64,000 bases of DNA from Octopus sinensis (taxonomy: Eukaryota), in NCBI RefSeq assembly GCF_006345805.1, contig NC_043022.1:5952001-6016000 (forward strand), read 5' to 3'. Both the position numbers and the translations under genes were made by a program. Below are positions 63,350-64,000 of the stretch, one piece after another; the first letter of the stretch is position 1; every line of letters starts with the position of its first letter. The notes beneath the pieces are model-generated. The model ran no database searches. It saw nothing but the letters and a program-made list of their open reading frames with translations, and was not told the origin of the DNA.

Positions 63350-63730
63350 AGAAGTGATTGAAATAGGGTTCCTCCAAAGGATCTCTGGAATAACATTTCT
63401 CAACAGGGTCCGTTGCTTGGAGATCAAGAAGTCACTCCAGGCTGAGCCACCATTCCTCCATATAGTGGTCACAGCTCGAGTATTATGGTCATGTGATGAA
63501 GATAGTACAGGAAAGGATTACAAGATGGATTCTTCAAGCTGAGTCACCTGAGAGGAGACCAAAGGGTTGAGCAAGAACGAGAGGGTTGAACAACATCTAC
63601 AGTCTCAATTGGTTGTGCTGGGGAATGATGGTTGCTTTTGATAGGACCCTATGGAGGAGGTGCCTGAGGACTCTATGCCCACAACCCTCCCAGAGGAATA
63701 ATCGGCAGAGATGGTGGATGAATAGATCAT
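63350..63730 (+). mobile_element. RTE (Rex3/Expander-like) LINE 3' end, degenerate
   Basis: EIGFLQRISGITFLNRVRCLEIKKSLQAEPPFLHI, then after a frameshift YYGHVMKI..ERITRWILQAESPERRPKG..RTR; typical RTE ORF2 C-terminus. Confidence 0.8.
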
Positions 63731-63759
63731 AGCTGCAGTAGTATGGATGTGTGATTAGA

Positions 63760-64000
63760 ATGTCACAGGAAAGAACCACAAAACGGATTCTCCAAGCTGA
63801 GCCAACTGGCAGGAGAGGCCTAGGGGTCTCCTTAAGAACGAGATGGTTGCAGAATATCCACAGTCTCAATTGGTTGCACTTAGGAAACCAGCAGGCAGGT
63901 GTAATAATGGTTGCTTTAGATTGGACTCTACGGAGGGGGTACTTGAGGACCCTATCCTCATCACCCCTGTGGGTAGAGATGGTGGATGGATGGATGGGAT
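63760..64000 (+). mobile_element. Second RTE 3' end with (GGAT)n tail
   Basis: Repeats GGATTCT-CAAGCTGAG, ACAGTCTCAATTGGTTG and AGAGATGGTGGATG of the first copy; ends GGATGGATGGATGG. Confidence 0.75.

Overview
This is eukaryotic, AT-rich DNA crowded with microsatellites and SINEs. The repeat families and microsatellite style fit an octopod cephalopod (Octopus sp.) best; this is inference, with no database check. I could not identify a host protein-coding gene. Nearly all ORFs in the track are translated microsatellites or SINEs, so the window is probably part of a very long intron or intergenic region. Recognisable content: at least five SINE-like families (labelled A-D and G here for convenience); fragments of CR1-, RTE- and RLE-type LINEs; a mariner remnant and mariner, piggyBac, hAT and pogo-like MITEs; a non-autonomous Helitron; and a 5S rRNA-derived segment fused to a SINE tail. 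The most notable signals are: (1) an apparently intact type I hammerhead ribozyme (17878-17983) in a non-coding 600-bp tandem unit with long inverted arms, resembling a retrozyme or Penelope-type element, plus two or three other unrelated degenerate hammerhead-like elements, one with a tRNA-like Pol III head; (2) a cluster of seven RFX X-box palindromes (45517-45820); (3) a textbook recursive-splice-site/RS-exon motif (12231-12367). Repeat boundaries were read by eye and are approximate (about +/-10 bp) unless a TSD is given.
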